Positions 8,701-16,779 of a stretch of DNA of 64,000 nt are shown here, piece after piece. Both the position numbers and the translations under genes were made by a program. Position 1 is the stretch's first letter; every line of letters starts with the position of its first letter. The notes beneath the pieces are model-generated. The model was not told the DNA's origin. It saw nothing but the letters and a program-made list of their open reading frames with translations, and made no database searches. The DNA comes from Candidatus Micrarchaeota archaeon (GTDB lineage Archaea; Micrarchaeota; Micrarchaeia; Anstonellales; Anstonellaceae), in contig JAKAJC010000002.1 of NCBI GenBank assembly GCA_021814005.1, forward strand, positions 4,325-68,324, in the 5' to 3' direction.

Positions 8701-9261
8701 TCAAATCGGCGGCTTGGAAATCTTTATCATGACCGGCCTGCCGTCGCGCACAAAAGCCATTCCCAAATCAAGGCGCAGCAGGCGCGACACCGCCAGCTGC
8801 TTCTCAAGGCTGTCGAGGCTGACAGACCAGTTGGGCGTCACGATTGAGACCATCATCTGCGGCCTCTCCTGCTCGCGGCCCACCCCTTTTTCATAAATCC
8901 GCCACTGAAGCGGCGAGGGAGCCGAGAATCTCACCAGCCGCCCGCCTGCGCGCAGGCTGCGATAAATGATAAACTGTTCCGAGCGCGGGGGCGCATTAAT
9001 TTCATCGGGCTTTTTTGCCGGTTTTGCGGATTTCTTTTCTTTTGTTTTTTTCTCTGCTGACGGCTCTGCAGTCAAATCCTGCCATGTGAGAATTTTCTTC
9101 CCGTCTTTCACTTCCAAAAGCTTGCGCTCAGAAAGATATGCGGCCTCGAGCCAGTGAAGCTCAACCCCGTTCTCAGTCTTGCGCCCAAACCCCATCTGCA
9201 TGAGTTTGAGCCCGCCGGCCGGCTCTGTTTCGACAATGCGCCCCTGGATTAATTCAGCCAT
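8701..9261 (-). CDS. endA: tRNA-splicing endonuclease (EndA) family protein; catalytic His not evident, so possibly a structural subunit
   Basis: The N-terminal EndA pattern is GRIVETEPAGGLKLMQMGFGRKTENGVELHWLEAAYLSERKLLEV (compare G.L.GD.V.V...YG....L.LSL.EALYL...G.LEV). The C-terminal region has YRSLRAGGRLVRF...QWRIYEKG, but the HS(V)YLV catalytic His position reads QMMVSIV. Confidence 0.5.
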   Translation of the reverse strand: MAELIQGRIVETEPAGGLKLMQMGFGRKTENGVELHWLEAAYLSERKLLEVKDGKKILTWQDLTAEPSAEKKTKEKKSAKPAKKPDEINAPPRSEQFIIYRSLRAGGRLVRFSAPSPLQWRIYEKGVGREQERPQMMVSIVTPNWSVSLDSLEKQLAVSRLLRLDLGMAFVRDGRPVMIKISKPPI

Positions 9262-9312
9262 GACAAACTATGGGCAATAACCCATAAAAGCCAGCACGTG
9301 CAATAGGTTTTC

Positions 9313-10743
9313 ATGGCATTGACCTTGCAGCTTCACAACACTCTCACAGACAAAATCGAGCCGTTTGTTCCGCGCGTTGCCGGCCATGCGGCCGTCTATG
9401 TATGCGGCATCACGCCCTATGACCACTGCCACATGGGCCATGCGCGCACTCTGGTTGCCTTCGACATACTGCGCCGCTGGATGGTGAATTGCGGGCTTGA
9501 TGTAAACTATATTCAGAACGTCACCGACATAGACGACAAAATAATCAAAAGAGCCAAAGAGAAAAAGCAGCCGCCGCTTGAGCTTTCGGCCCATTTCGAC
9601 AAGCTCTCGCGCGAGGACATGGCCTCTCTTGACATCATCCCGCCGAACCACATGCCGAAAATTTCCGAGCACATTCCCCAAACACTTGAGCTGATTGCAA
9701 AAATAATCGCCAACAAGCACGCCTATGCAACAAAAAGCGGCGTGTATTTCGACATCTCCTCATTCCCCAACTACGGCAAGCTATCGCGCCAGGATTTGGC
9801 CAACATAAAGGCCGGCGCGCGCATTGAAATCAACGAGGACAAGCGAAATCCCGAAGATTTCGCCCTGTGGAAGCTTGAAGAGTCGGAAGGCGCAACATAC
9901 GACTCGCCATGGGGGCGCGGCAGGCCGGGCTGGCACATCGAGTGCTCTGCCATGTCTTTGCATTACACGGCCGGCCATCCGCTTGATTTGCACGGCGGCG
10001 CGCGCGATTTGATTTTCCCGCACCATGAAAACGAAATCGCGCAAAGCGAGGGGGCGGGAGTAAAGCCGTTCTCGCGCCACTGGGTGCACACAGGCTTTCT
10101 CACGGTCAACGGCGAGAAAATGGCCAAATCATTGGGCAATTTCATCACCATCCGCGAAGCCCTCAAGAAATGGGACGGCCAGACGATTCGCCTCTTCTTC
10201 GCACTCACCCACTACCGCTCGCCAATCGACTTTAGTGAATCAGCGCTCAATTCGGCGAAAAACACGCTCGACAACGTGCGCCGCTCGCTCACTATGATGG
10301 AGGGCGAGGGGGCGCAGGCGCCCGATGCCGCAGCCGAGCGCAGTTTAACCGCCTCTGTGGACGGCCACATTATTTCATTTGCCTCTTTCATGAACTCGGA
10401 CATTGACACGCCGCAGGCTCTGGCCGAATTGATTGAGGCATCGAAGATGGTTGCGCGCGCAAGGGCTGAGCACAAATGCTCGCGCGCAGTGCTTGAATCG
10501 AATTCGAAAAAAGTTGCAGACGCTTTTTCCATTTTGGGCTTGAGCGTTGCAGCCGCGCCAGCCGCCCCATCGCTTGCGAACCCGCGCCTTGCACCTGAAA
10601 CAATAGAGCAGCTCTTGGCCGCGCGCGAGGCGGCTCGCAAAAACAAGGATTATGCCGCCGCGGACGAGATTCGAAAGAAGCTGGCTGCGGCCGGAGTGCT
10701 TATTGAGGACTCAAAAGAAGGCGTAAAATGGCGCTATGTCTGA
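9313..10743 (+). CDS. cysS: Cysteinyl-tRNA synthetase
   Basis: Class I HIGH-type motif HMGHARTLVAFDILRRW and KMSKS-type motif KMAKSLGN. It is 476 aa. Confidence 0.9.
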   Translation: MALTLQLHNTLTDKIEPFVPRVAGHAAVYVCGITPYDHCHMGHARTLVAFDILRRWMVNCGLDVNYIQNVTDIDDKIIKRAKEKKQPPLELSAHFDKLSREDMASLDIIPPNHMPKISEHIPQTLELIAKIIANKHAYATKSGVYFDISSFPNYGKLSRQDLANIKAGARIEINEDKRNPEDFALWKLEESEGATYDSPWGRGRPGWHIECSAMSLHYTAGHPLDLHGGARDLIFPHHENEIAQSEGAGVKPFSRHWVHTGFLTVNGEKMAKSLGNFITIREALKKWDGQTIRLFFALTHYRSPIDFSESALNSAKNTLDNVRRSLTMMEGEGAQAPDAAAERSLTASVDGHIISFASFMNSDIDTPQALAELIEASKMVARARAEHKCSRAVLESNSKKVADAFSILGLSVAAAPAAPSLANPRLAPETIEQLLAAREAARKNKDYAAADEIRKKLAAAGVLIEDSKEGVKWRYV

Positions 10744-10809
10744 TTCTTTAGAATGGAATGAAACAGAGATATGCTTAAAACTTCATTCTGTGTTTTATTA
10801 TAGGTTTTT

Positions 10810-11598
10810 ATGTCAACAAACTCAATGACCTCCCGCGACCGCTACGGCGGCCGCGAATATATCCTGCTTAAGAAAATCACCCCTCACTATAAGTTTTATC
10901 AAAATCTGGTCGGCCTCACGCTCGCCAGCCATTTTGCCAACGCCAAACCCAATGGCAGCATCAAAGTGCTAGAGATTGGCTGCGGGGATGGCTACACTAG
11001 CCGCATTCTGCTGGATTCAGACCCGCGGGTGTCCCTGACCGCCGTAGATATCAGCCGAGAGCGACTGTCTTTGGTGATGGAAAACTTCGGTGCAGAGCTT
11101 TCGTCCGGCCGCCTGCGCATCGTACTCTCAGACGCGCTCACCCTCATGGAGTTGATGGCAGACCGGACTTATGACGCGTTCGCATCTGCGGCCACGCTGC
11201 ACAATTTCGACAAACGCTACCGCGCCAATGTCATCTCCCAAACCGCCCGTCTGCTCAAGCCGGGCGGGCTCTTTATCAATGCAGACAAATTCGCTGTCGA
11301 CGACCCGTTGGAACACGCGCAGCATTTGCAATGGAGCCTGGACATGCTCAACCAATTCGACAGGCTGAACATTTCTGAGCTTAAGGCTTCCGGCTTTCCT
11401 ATCACCCGCGCAGATTTGCTGCAGTTGAAGCAAACCTGGCACGACCATTTTCTAGAAGATGAGAAACCTGACATCATCCAGCATGAGCGGGCGGCCATCG
11501 CGAGCCTCATTCAGAGCGGGTTCGTGGACATTCGGGTTATATTCCGTGCTCAGGTGGATGCCGTGCTCACGGCCGTCCGTGCCAAGTGTCCTGAATAA
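10810..11598 (+). CDS. Class I SAM-dependent methyltransferase
   Basis: Motif I VLEIGCGDGYTSRIL and post-I DIS...; Rossmann-fold methyltransferase pattern. The specificity is unknown. Confidence 0.7.
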   Translation: MSTNSMTSRDRYGGREYILLKKITPHYKFYQNLVGLTLASHFANAKPNGSIKVLEIGCGDGYTSRILLDSDPRVSLTAVDISRERLSLVMENFGAELSSGRLRIVLSDALTLMELMADRTYDAFASAATLHNFDKRYRANVISQTARLLKPGGLFINADKFAVDDPLEHAQHLQWSLDMLNQFDRLNISELKASGFPITRADLLQLKQTWHDHFLEDEKPDIIQHERAAIASLIQSGFVDIRVIFRAQVDAVLTAVRAKCPE

Positions 11599-11694
11599 AT
11601 GCCTTGTTTTAGGTTTTTTAGTTACATCTTCAACTCGAATTTGAAAAAGAAAGCATAATAAACCCCCTTTTGGCATAATAACTTCGGTGATATC

Positions 11695-11904
11695 TTGATT
11701 TTGCCGAAAGCGCCGGTAGAGCGGCTTATTAGAAAAGCCGGCGGCGAGCGGGTGGCAGATGACGCCTCGCTTGAGCTGGCGGCAACGCTGGAAAAAATAG
11801 GCCTTGAAATTTCCGAGAACGCGAACAAATTCGCCAAGCACGCCGGCAGAAAGACTGTGGTGCAGGAAGACATCAAGCTGGCTGCCGAAGAATGGATGAA
11901 GTAA
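11695..11904 (+). CDS. Archaeal histone (HMf family)
   Basis: (M)ILPKAPVERLIRKAGGERVADDASLELAATLEKIGLEISENANKFAKHAGRKTVVQEDIKLAAEEW aligns residue-for-residue with HMfA/B ([23 protein letters not shown]...KHAGRKT...EDI.LA). The apparent start is TTG at 11695. An A/T-rich TATA-like box (AAGCATAATAAA) lies about 35 bp upstream. Confidence 0.85.
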   Translation: MILPKAPVERLIRKAGGERVADDASLELAATLEKIGLEISENANKFAKHAGRKTVVQEDIKLAAEEWMK

Positions 11905-11917
11905 TTTCTTTTCAATC

Positions 11918-13006
11918 TCAATTAATTTTTATTTTCCATTTTTTCTTGTCTTTGTCTATTTCTTCCATTCCCGTCTTTGGTTTAGCTCCGGCCAATAATT
12001 CAAGGCGCCGCGCTTCAAGAGGAACAAGATAGGTTTCCAGCTGCTGCGCCTCGGCCGATTTTGACACTATTTCTTTTTCGAGGCTCTCCAATGCAGACTG
12101 CTGTTTTTTCAGCCGGTGGCGCAGGCCTTTGAGCTGCGGCGGCTCGGAATCTTTGACTTCTTCCTTGTAATGCGCAAAGAAATATTCAACCGCCTGCGAG
12201 AAACTGGGGAATGGGCGGGCGGAGAAGCCTGATGCCGGATTTTCATATTCTGCCAAAGGCACGAGCGAGAGTTCGAAAACAACAAACTGTTTTGTGTTTT
12301 CATCAATTTTCTCATAAACGCGCGGTTGCGGGTTGATAATCATCTGTGCGAGGCTTTGTAGAAGTTTTTCCGCCTCCGCCTCGCTTACTTCACCGACTTT
12401 CTTTCCAGCCATCCCTGCCTGCATCAGCAATTCATCAGTATATCTCTTGCCAATCGGCCACTTGGACAAGAAGACTGGTAGCGTTGCAGCCGCCTTGTCT
12501 TTTGCCTGCTCTTTCCAGTCATCTATTGTAGGCGGGAAATTGAAAGAGGCAGACGGCGGGTATTCGTATTTTCCGCCCACCATAAATGTGTGTTTGCTGT
12601 CGGGCTTGAAATGATAAGGCCTGATGATTTTGTTGTTTTCATCCAAGAGGAACAGATTGCCGTTGACAAATTGCTCAATCAAGAGACGATGGCCCGAACC
12701 AAGCGTGATGATGTAAATTCTGTCGCTCTTGTACTGCTCAAACGAGGCCAGCCGCTTGCCTCCAGCATATTTTCTAATCGTCATTGCCATCGCGCTGGGG
12801 TTCATGGGCGCGGCAGGCGGGTCGCGCGTGAGGTAAAAGCACGTGCCAAGATGAATCATCAGAGACTCGTTGGTGGAGAAGTCAAGGCGGAAAATATCCG
12901 GCTTTATCTCGAAAACCTTGTCAAGGTGCTTGCCGGCCAAGTGCTGGCCTTCGCTCACCAACTGGCGGTATTCCCAATTAGAAAGCGTGCGGGCCATGTC
13001 AATCAA
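11918..13006 (-). CDS. NFACT-N domain protein (N-terminal half of an RqcH/NEMF/FbpA-like ribosome quality-control protein)
   Basis: It has the NFACT-N-like N-terminus (LSNWEYRQLVSEGQHLAGKHLDKVFEIKPDIFRLDFSTNESLMIHLGTCFYLTRDPP), then a helical region and a C-terminal coiled coil. At 362 aa it is about half of a normal archaeal NEMF homologue and lacks NFACT-R. Confidence 0.6.
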   Translation of the reverse strand: MIDMARTLSNWEYRQLVSEGQHLAGKHLDKVFEIKPDIFRLDFSTNESLMIHLGTCFYLTRDPPAAPMNPSAMAMTIRKYAGGKRLASFEQYKSDRIYIITLGSGHRLLIEQFVNGNLFLLDENNKIIRPYHFKPDSKHTFMVGGKYEYPPSASFNFPPTIDDWKEQAKDKAAATLPVFLSKWPIGKRYTDELLMQAGMAGKKVGEVSEAEAEKLLQSLAQMIINPQPRVYEKIDENTKQFVVFELSLVPLAEYENPASGFSARPFPSFSQAVEYFFAHYKEEVKDSEPPQLKGLRHRLKKQQSALESLEKEIVSKSAEAQQLETYLVPLEARRLELLAGAKPKTGMEEIDKDKKKWKIKIN

Positions 13007-13011
13007 TTAGA

Positions 13012-14811
13012 TTGCCACCCCCCAGCTTTTTATTCTCCCTCCTCTTTTTCCATGCGGCGATCAGTTTGGAACCCGGGCTTGTAATCGGACTATCAGTTGT
13101 CATAATTATGCTCTTCTCGCTCCTCATGGAGCGGGTCCGCCTACCCATGGTGCTGGGCGTTCTTCTGGCCGGAGTGATGATGGGCCCGGCAAGCCCGCTG
13201 CGGGGCCTGCAAATCGGGCCAATCGATTTGAACATTCTGGTGGTGAGCGAGCCGGCCACGGTGTCGTTCTTCGCGCTTTTGGGCTCGGTCCTCATCCTTT
13301 TTGGAATCGGCCTCGAATTCTCGGTCTTGAAACTGGTGCGCATGGGGTTCACCACATTTCTGGCCGCCCTCATCAAACTGGGGCTCACGTATGTGGCCGG
13401 CTATGTTATCGCGAATTTCATGGGCTTGGGCGGGCCTGGAGCCGTGCTCTTGGGCTTCATCCTTTCATTTTCCTCCACTCCAATCATCATCAAGATTCTC
13501 GAGGGCCATGACAAACTGCGCAGGCCCGAATCCACTTTCATTGTGGCCGTGCTTATCATCGAGGATTTGGTGGCCGTGGCCCTCTTGGGCATCATGGCCA
13601 GCACTGGCTTGGGCAACCAGTACGAAGTGGCGATGGCTCTTCTCAAAGTGGTTGTGGTCTTCGCCCTTGCCTACGCAATCCTCTCAGAAGTGATGAAGCG
13701 CCTGCTTGCATATGTGGACCGCTCGGACGAGCTGCTTGTGCTTTTCGTGGTCGGCGTGGTGCTGATGATAAGCTATCTGTGCGCGGCCATCGGCCTGGGC
13801 TTCTCGGTCGGCTCGTTTTTGGCCGGCTCGGTGGCGGCCGCAACCCCGCAGGCGCGGCGCATTGACGAGATGATTCGCCCCTTCAACGCGCTTTTCGCGT
13901 CATTCTTTTTCTTCTCCATTGGCATGATGGTGGACCCGGGCGCCGCGGCCGCCAGTCTGCCGCTGCTTTTCGGAATTCTTGTGGTGGCAGTGGTGGGCAA
14001 GCTCATCGCATCAGCCACCGCGGCCTATCTCATAGGCTTTTCCGGCACATCCGCCGCTTTTGCCGGCTCGGCCCTTCTGCCGCTGGGCGAACTTTCTCTG
14101 CTCATCGGCTCTTTTGCCGTAAGCCAGGGGCTGCTGCCTTCAGGCCTGATGGGCCTCTTGGGCCTTGTCATCATCATCACCTCCATCCTCTCGGTATTTC
14201 TCGTGGGCCGTGAGGGCGTTGTGTACCACATGGGCAAGGAGCTCACGCCTGAATTGGTGAGCCGCAACATGTCAATGCTGCGCTCCACCTCAATCGGCGT
14301 GCAGCGGGTGGTGGAGGAGAATTCGCGCTATGAGCGCATCATCCACCGCCTGCCCTCCATAGGCCGGCATCTGGCAGTGTCATCGCATGAGCGTCTCGAG
14401 CTCACGCTCAAGAACGCATTCCTGTTTCTGGTTTCAGCCGCAGCCCTTCTCCTCGCCCTCTGGCTCTTCGCTCCGGCCACTTCCACCCCGACCTCGCCAA
14501 CTTCCAGCACCTATGTGATGATTTTCCTCGGGTTTTTCATCACCGCAACGCTTGCCATGGTAAACGCCTCATCCACATTGCGCATCTACATCCGCATGCT
14601 GCGAAATTCGGGGCGCACGGCGCTGGAAATGACCATGCATCTGACCGGCGTGGTGTTTTTTGTGTTCATAGCCGCGGCCGCGGGAATGGCCTCAATCTTT
14701 TTGCACCAGCCGTCCATACTCATCCTGCTGTTGCCTGTGGTTATTCTTGGCGCCGTGCATGTCATTGCCATAGTCTCGCACATGCACAGGGCCGTGCGGC
14801 GCTTTTTCTAG
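13012..14811 (+). CDS. Cation:proton antiporter (CPA/Kef-type Na+/H+ or K+/H+ exchanger) with extra C-terminal TM segments
   Basis: About 12 TM helices with a CPA-family pattern (VLLAGVMMGP..., IILKILEG, IIEDLVAVALLGI). The start is uncertain; an ATG near 13111 is possible. The C-terminus carries additional TMs rather than a KTN domain. Confidence 0.65.
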   Translation: MPPPSFLFSLLFFHAAISLEPGLVIGLSVVIIMLFSLLMERVRLPMVLGVLLAGVMMGPASPLRGLQIGPIDLNILVVSEPATVSFFALLGSVLILFGIGLEFSVLKLVRMGFTTFLAALIKLGLTYVAGYVIANFMGLGGPGAVLLGFILSFSSTPIIIKILEGHDKLRRPESTFIVAVLIIEDLVAVALLGIMASTGLGNQYEVAMALLKVVVVFALAYAILSEVMKRLLAYVDRSDELLVLFVVGVVLMISYLCAAIGLGFSVGSFLAGSVAAATPQARRIDEMIRPFNALFASFFFFSIGMMVDPGAAAASLPLLFGILVVAVVGKLIASATAAYLIGFSGTSAAFAGSALLPLGELSLLIGSFAVSQGLLPSGLMGLLGLVIIITSILSVFLVGREGVVYHMGKELTPELVSRNMSMLRSTSIGVQRVVEENSRYERIIHRLPSIGRHLAVSSHERLELTLKNAFLFLVSAAALLLALWLFAPATSTPTSPTSSTYVMIFLGFFITATLAMVNASSTLRIYIRMLRNSGRTALEMTMHLTGVVFFVFIAAAAGMASIFLHQPSILILLLPVVILGAVHVIAIVSHMHRAVRRFF

Positions 14812-15026
14812 CCAAATCCCAAAGTGCGGGGTTTAAGTAGTCGGGCCGGTCCAATTCTATTATCCTAAAGCTAATAGCCGGTGTCCGCGTTCATCGCCTG
14901 CCACCTGTTTGCTCATCCTAAAAATAGTGAATGAGCGTGGCCGCGGAAAAACAATTGGCTCGTGCAATTTGCTTCCTTACACGAAGTACTCTCTGCCCGA
15001 AGACCCAAACTGTGAGAGTGAACAAG

Positions 15027-16724
15027 ATGAAATTCAACGAAATGGGCTTGTCCAAGCCTCTATTGGAATCGCTGGCAACAATGGGCTTTGCCACGCCTAC
15101 CCCTATTCAGGAACAGGCAATTCCCCTGCTGCTAAAAGGCCATGATTTACTCGGTCAGGCCCAGACCGGCACGGGCAAGACGGCCGCATTCGGCCTGCCT
15201 ATATTGGAGGCATGGCTGCGAAACAATTCGCATCACACTCACACCAGCGCCGATGGGCATTCCAGCGCCGGCCATAACCAGCCCGCTCAGCATTCCAATG
15301 CTCATCATCCAAGCGGCCCTCTTACCCAGCACACCAGCCGTTCGGGCGCGCAATACAATTCACGCGGCCCCCAAGCGCCTGCGCGCAATGGAATAGCAAC
15401 CCCGACCGCCCTGATTCTTGTTCCCACCCGCGAGCTGGCGGTGCAGGTGCACCAGTCGCTTCAAACCATGGCAGGCCGCACAGGCGCGCGCGTTGTGCCT
15501 GTTTATGGCGGACAGGAGATGCGAAAGCAATTGCGCGCCTTCCAATATCCTCTCGACATTCTGGTCGGCACTCCGGGCCGCACACTTGACCACATGCGCC
15601 AGGGCAGCCTGAATCTGGACAAAGTGCGCGTTGTGGTTCTTGACGAGGCGGACCGCATGCTTGACATGGGCTTTATCCGTGATGTAACCATGATTTTGGA
15701 AAGCACTCCGACGAGTCGGCAGACCATGCTCTTTTCGGCCACAATGCCGGGCGCAGTGTCCAACATGGCGCACAAATACATGAAGAGCCCGCACACTGTC
15801 AAAGTTTCGGACGAGCAGCTCACAGTGAAACTGACAAAGCAGCTTTATGTGCGCGCAAACGACGCCAACCGCTTCGGCATGCTGCTGGCCGCAATCCGCA
15901 CTCTCAAGCCATATCTTTCTGTGGTGTTTTGCCGCACAAAGCACGGGGCAAACAAACTCTGCCGCCAGCTTAACCAGCAGGGCATCAAAACCCAAGCCCT
16001 GCACGGGAATTTGCGGCAAAATGCGCGCGAGCGCACCATGGCCCAGTTCCGCGACGGAAAAATAGACGTGCTTGTGGCAACAGATTTGGCCAGCCGAGGT
16101 CTTGACGTTATCGGCATTTCGCATGTGTTCAACTATGACATGCCAGACGACCCCATGACTTATGTGCACCGCATCGGCCGCACCGGCCGCGCCGGAGCCG
16201 AAGGGGTTGCTGTTTCATTCATCTTGGGCAATCCGTATCGCCCTGTTGAAATAATTCAGGATGCAACAGGCTCGAAAATGGAAGAGCTTGCGCTTACGGC
16301 TGACGTGGTTTCCATGAGCCCTGTCGAAGTCAGTGAATTTGAGGGCGAGGAAGATGAGGGCTATTCGAGCCGGGAGAGACATCCGAGTCATGCCCGCACT
16401 TTTGGAGGCAACCGCCATTCGGGCCGGGAACGCAGTTTTGGAGGCAACCGCCATTCAGATTCAAGCCGCAATTTCGGTTCGGAGCGCCATTCTGATTCGG
16501 ATAGACATCCTTCCGCCCGGCACCATGAAGGCGGCGAGGAATATTCTGGCGGCAGTCGGCATTATTCCGGCCATCGCCGCGAAGAAGGCTCGTCCCAATA
16601 CGAACGCGGCCCGTCCCGTCACGGCGGCCACCGCGGCGGACGTTCAGACAACCATCCTTCCCGCAACAGGGGTCCCCGCCCGCCTCCGGGCGCGCATCAT
16701 CATTCGAGCCATCGGCGCTATTGA
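15027..16724 (+). CDS. DEAD-box ATP-dependent RNA helicase with a His/Gln/Ser-rich insertion and an Arg/Ser/Gly/His-rich repetitive C-terminal tail
   Basis: Motifs are Q (FATPTPIQ), I (AQTGTGKT), DEAD (VLDEADRMLDMGF), SAT and HRIGRTGRAG. The start is MKFNEM at 15027; the tool's 14931 start adds an unlikely leader. The tail at about 16400..16507 has a 36-bp tandem periodicity (FGGNRHSGRERS / FGGNRHSDSSRN / FGSERHSDSDRH). Confidence 0.9.
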   Translation: MKFNEMGLSKPLLESLATMGFATPTPIQEQAIPLLLKGHDLLGQAQTGTGKTAAFGLPILEAWLRNNSHHTHTSADGHSSAGHNQPAQHSNAHHPSGPLTQHTSRSGAQYNSRGPQAPARNGIATPTALILVPTRELAVQVHQSLQTMAGRTGARVVPVYGGQEMRKQLRAFQYPLDILVGTPGRTLDHMRQGSLNLDKVRVVVLDEADRMLDMGFIRDVTMILESTPTSRQTMLFSATMPGAVSNMAHKYMKSPHTVKVSDEQLTVKLTKQLYVRANDANRFGMLLAAIRTLKPYLSVVFCRTKHGANKLCRQLNQQGIKTQALHGNLRQNARERTMAQFRDGKIDVLVATDLASRGLDVIGISHVFNYDMPDDPMTYVHRIGRTGRAGAEGVAVSFILGNPYRPVEIIQDATGSKMEELALTADVVSMSPVEVSEFEGEEDEGYSSRERHPSHARTFGGNRHSGRERSFGGNRHSDSSRNFGSERHSDSDRHPSARHHEGGEEYSGGSRHYSGHRREEGSSQYERGPSRHGGHRGGRSDNHPSRNRGPRPPPGAHHHSSHRRY

Positions 16725-16779
16725 TTTGGCGGAAAGCCCCTCACGATAGCGTTTAATTGCCTCGCGCAGAAATTACGGC

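Noticed and set aside
16400-16507. 36-bp periodic repeats considered as a repeat element or CRISPR-like array
   Set aside because: They are in frame within the DEAD-box helicase C-terminal tail, encoding FGGNRHS/ERHSDS units. This is a low-complexity protein tail.
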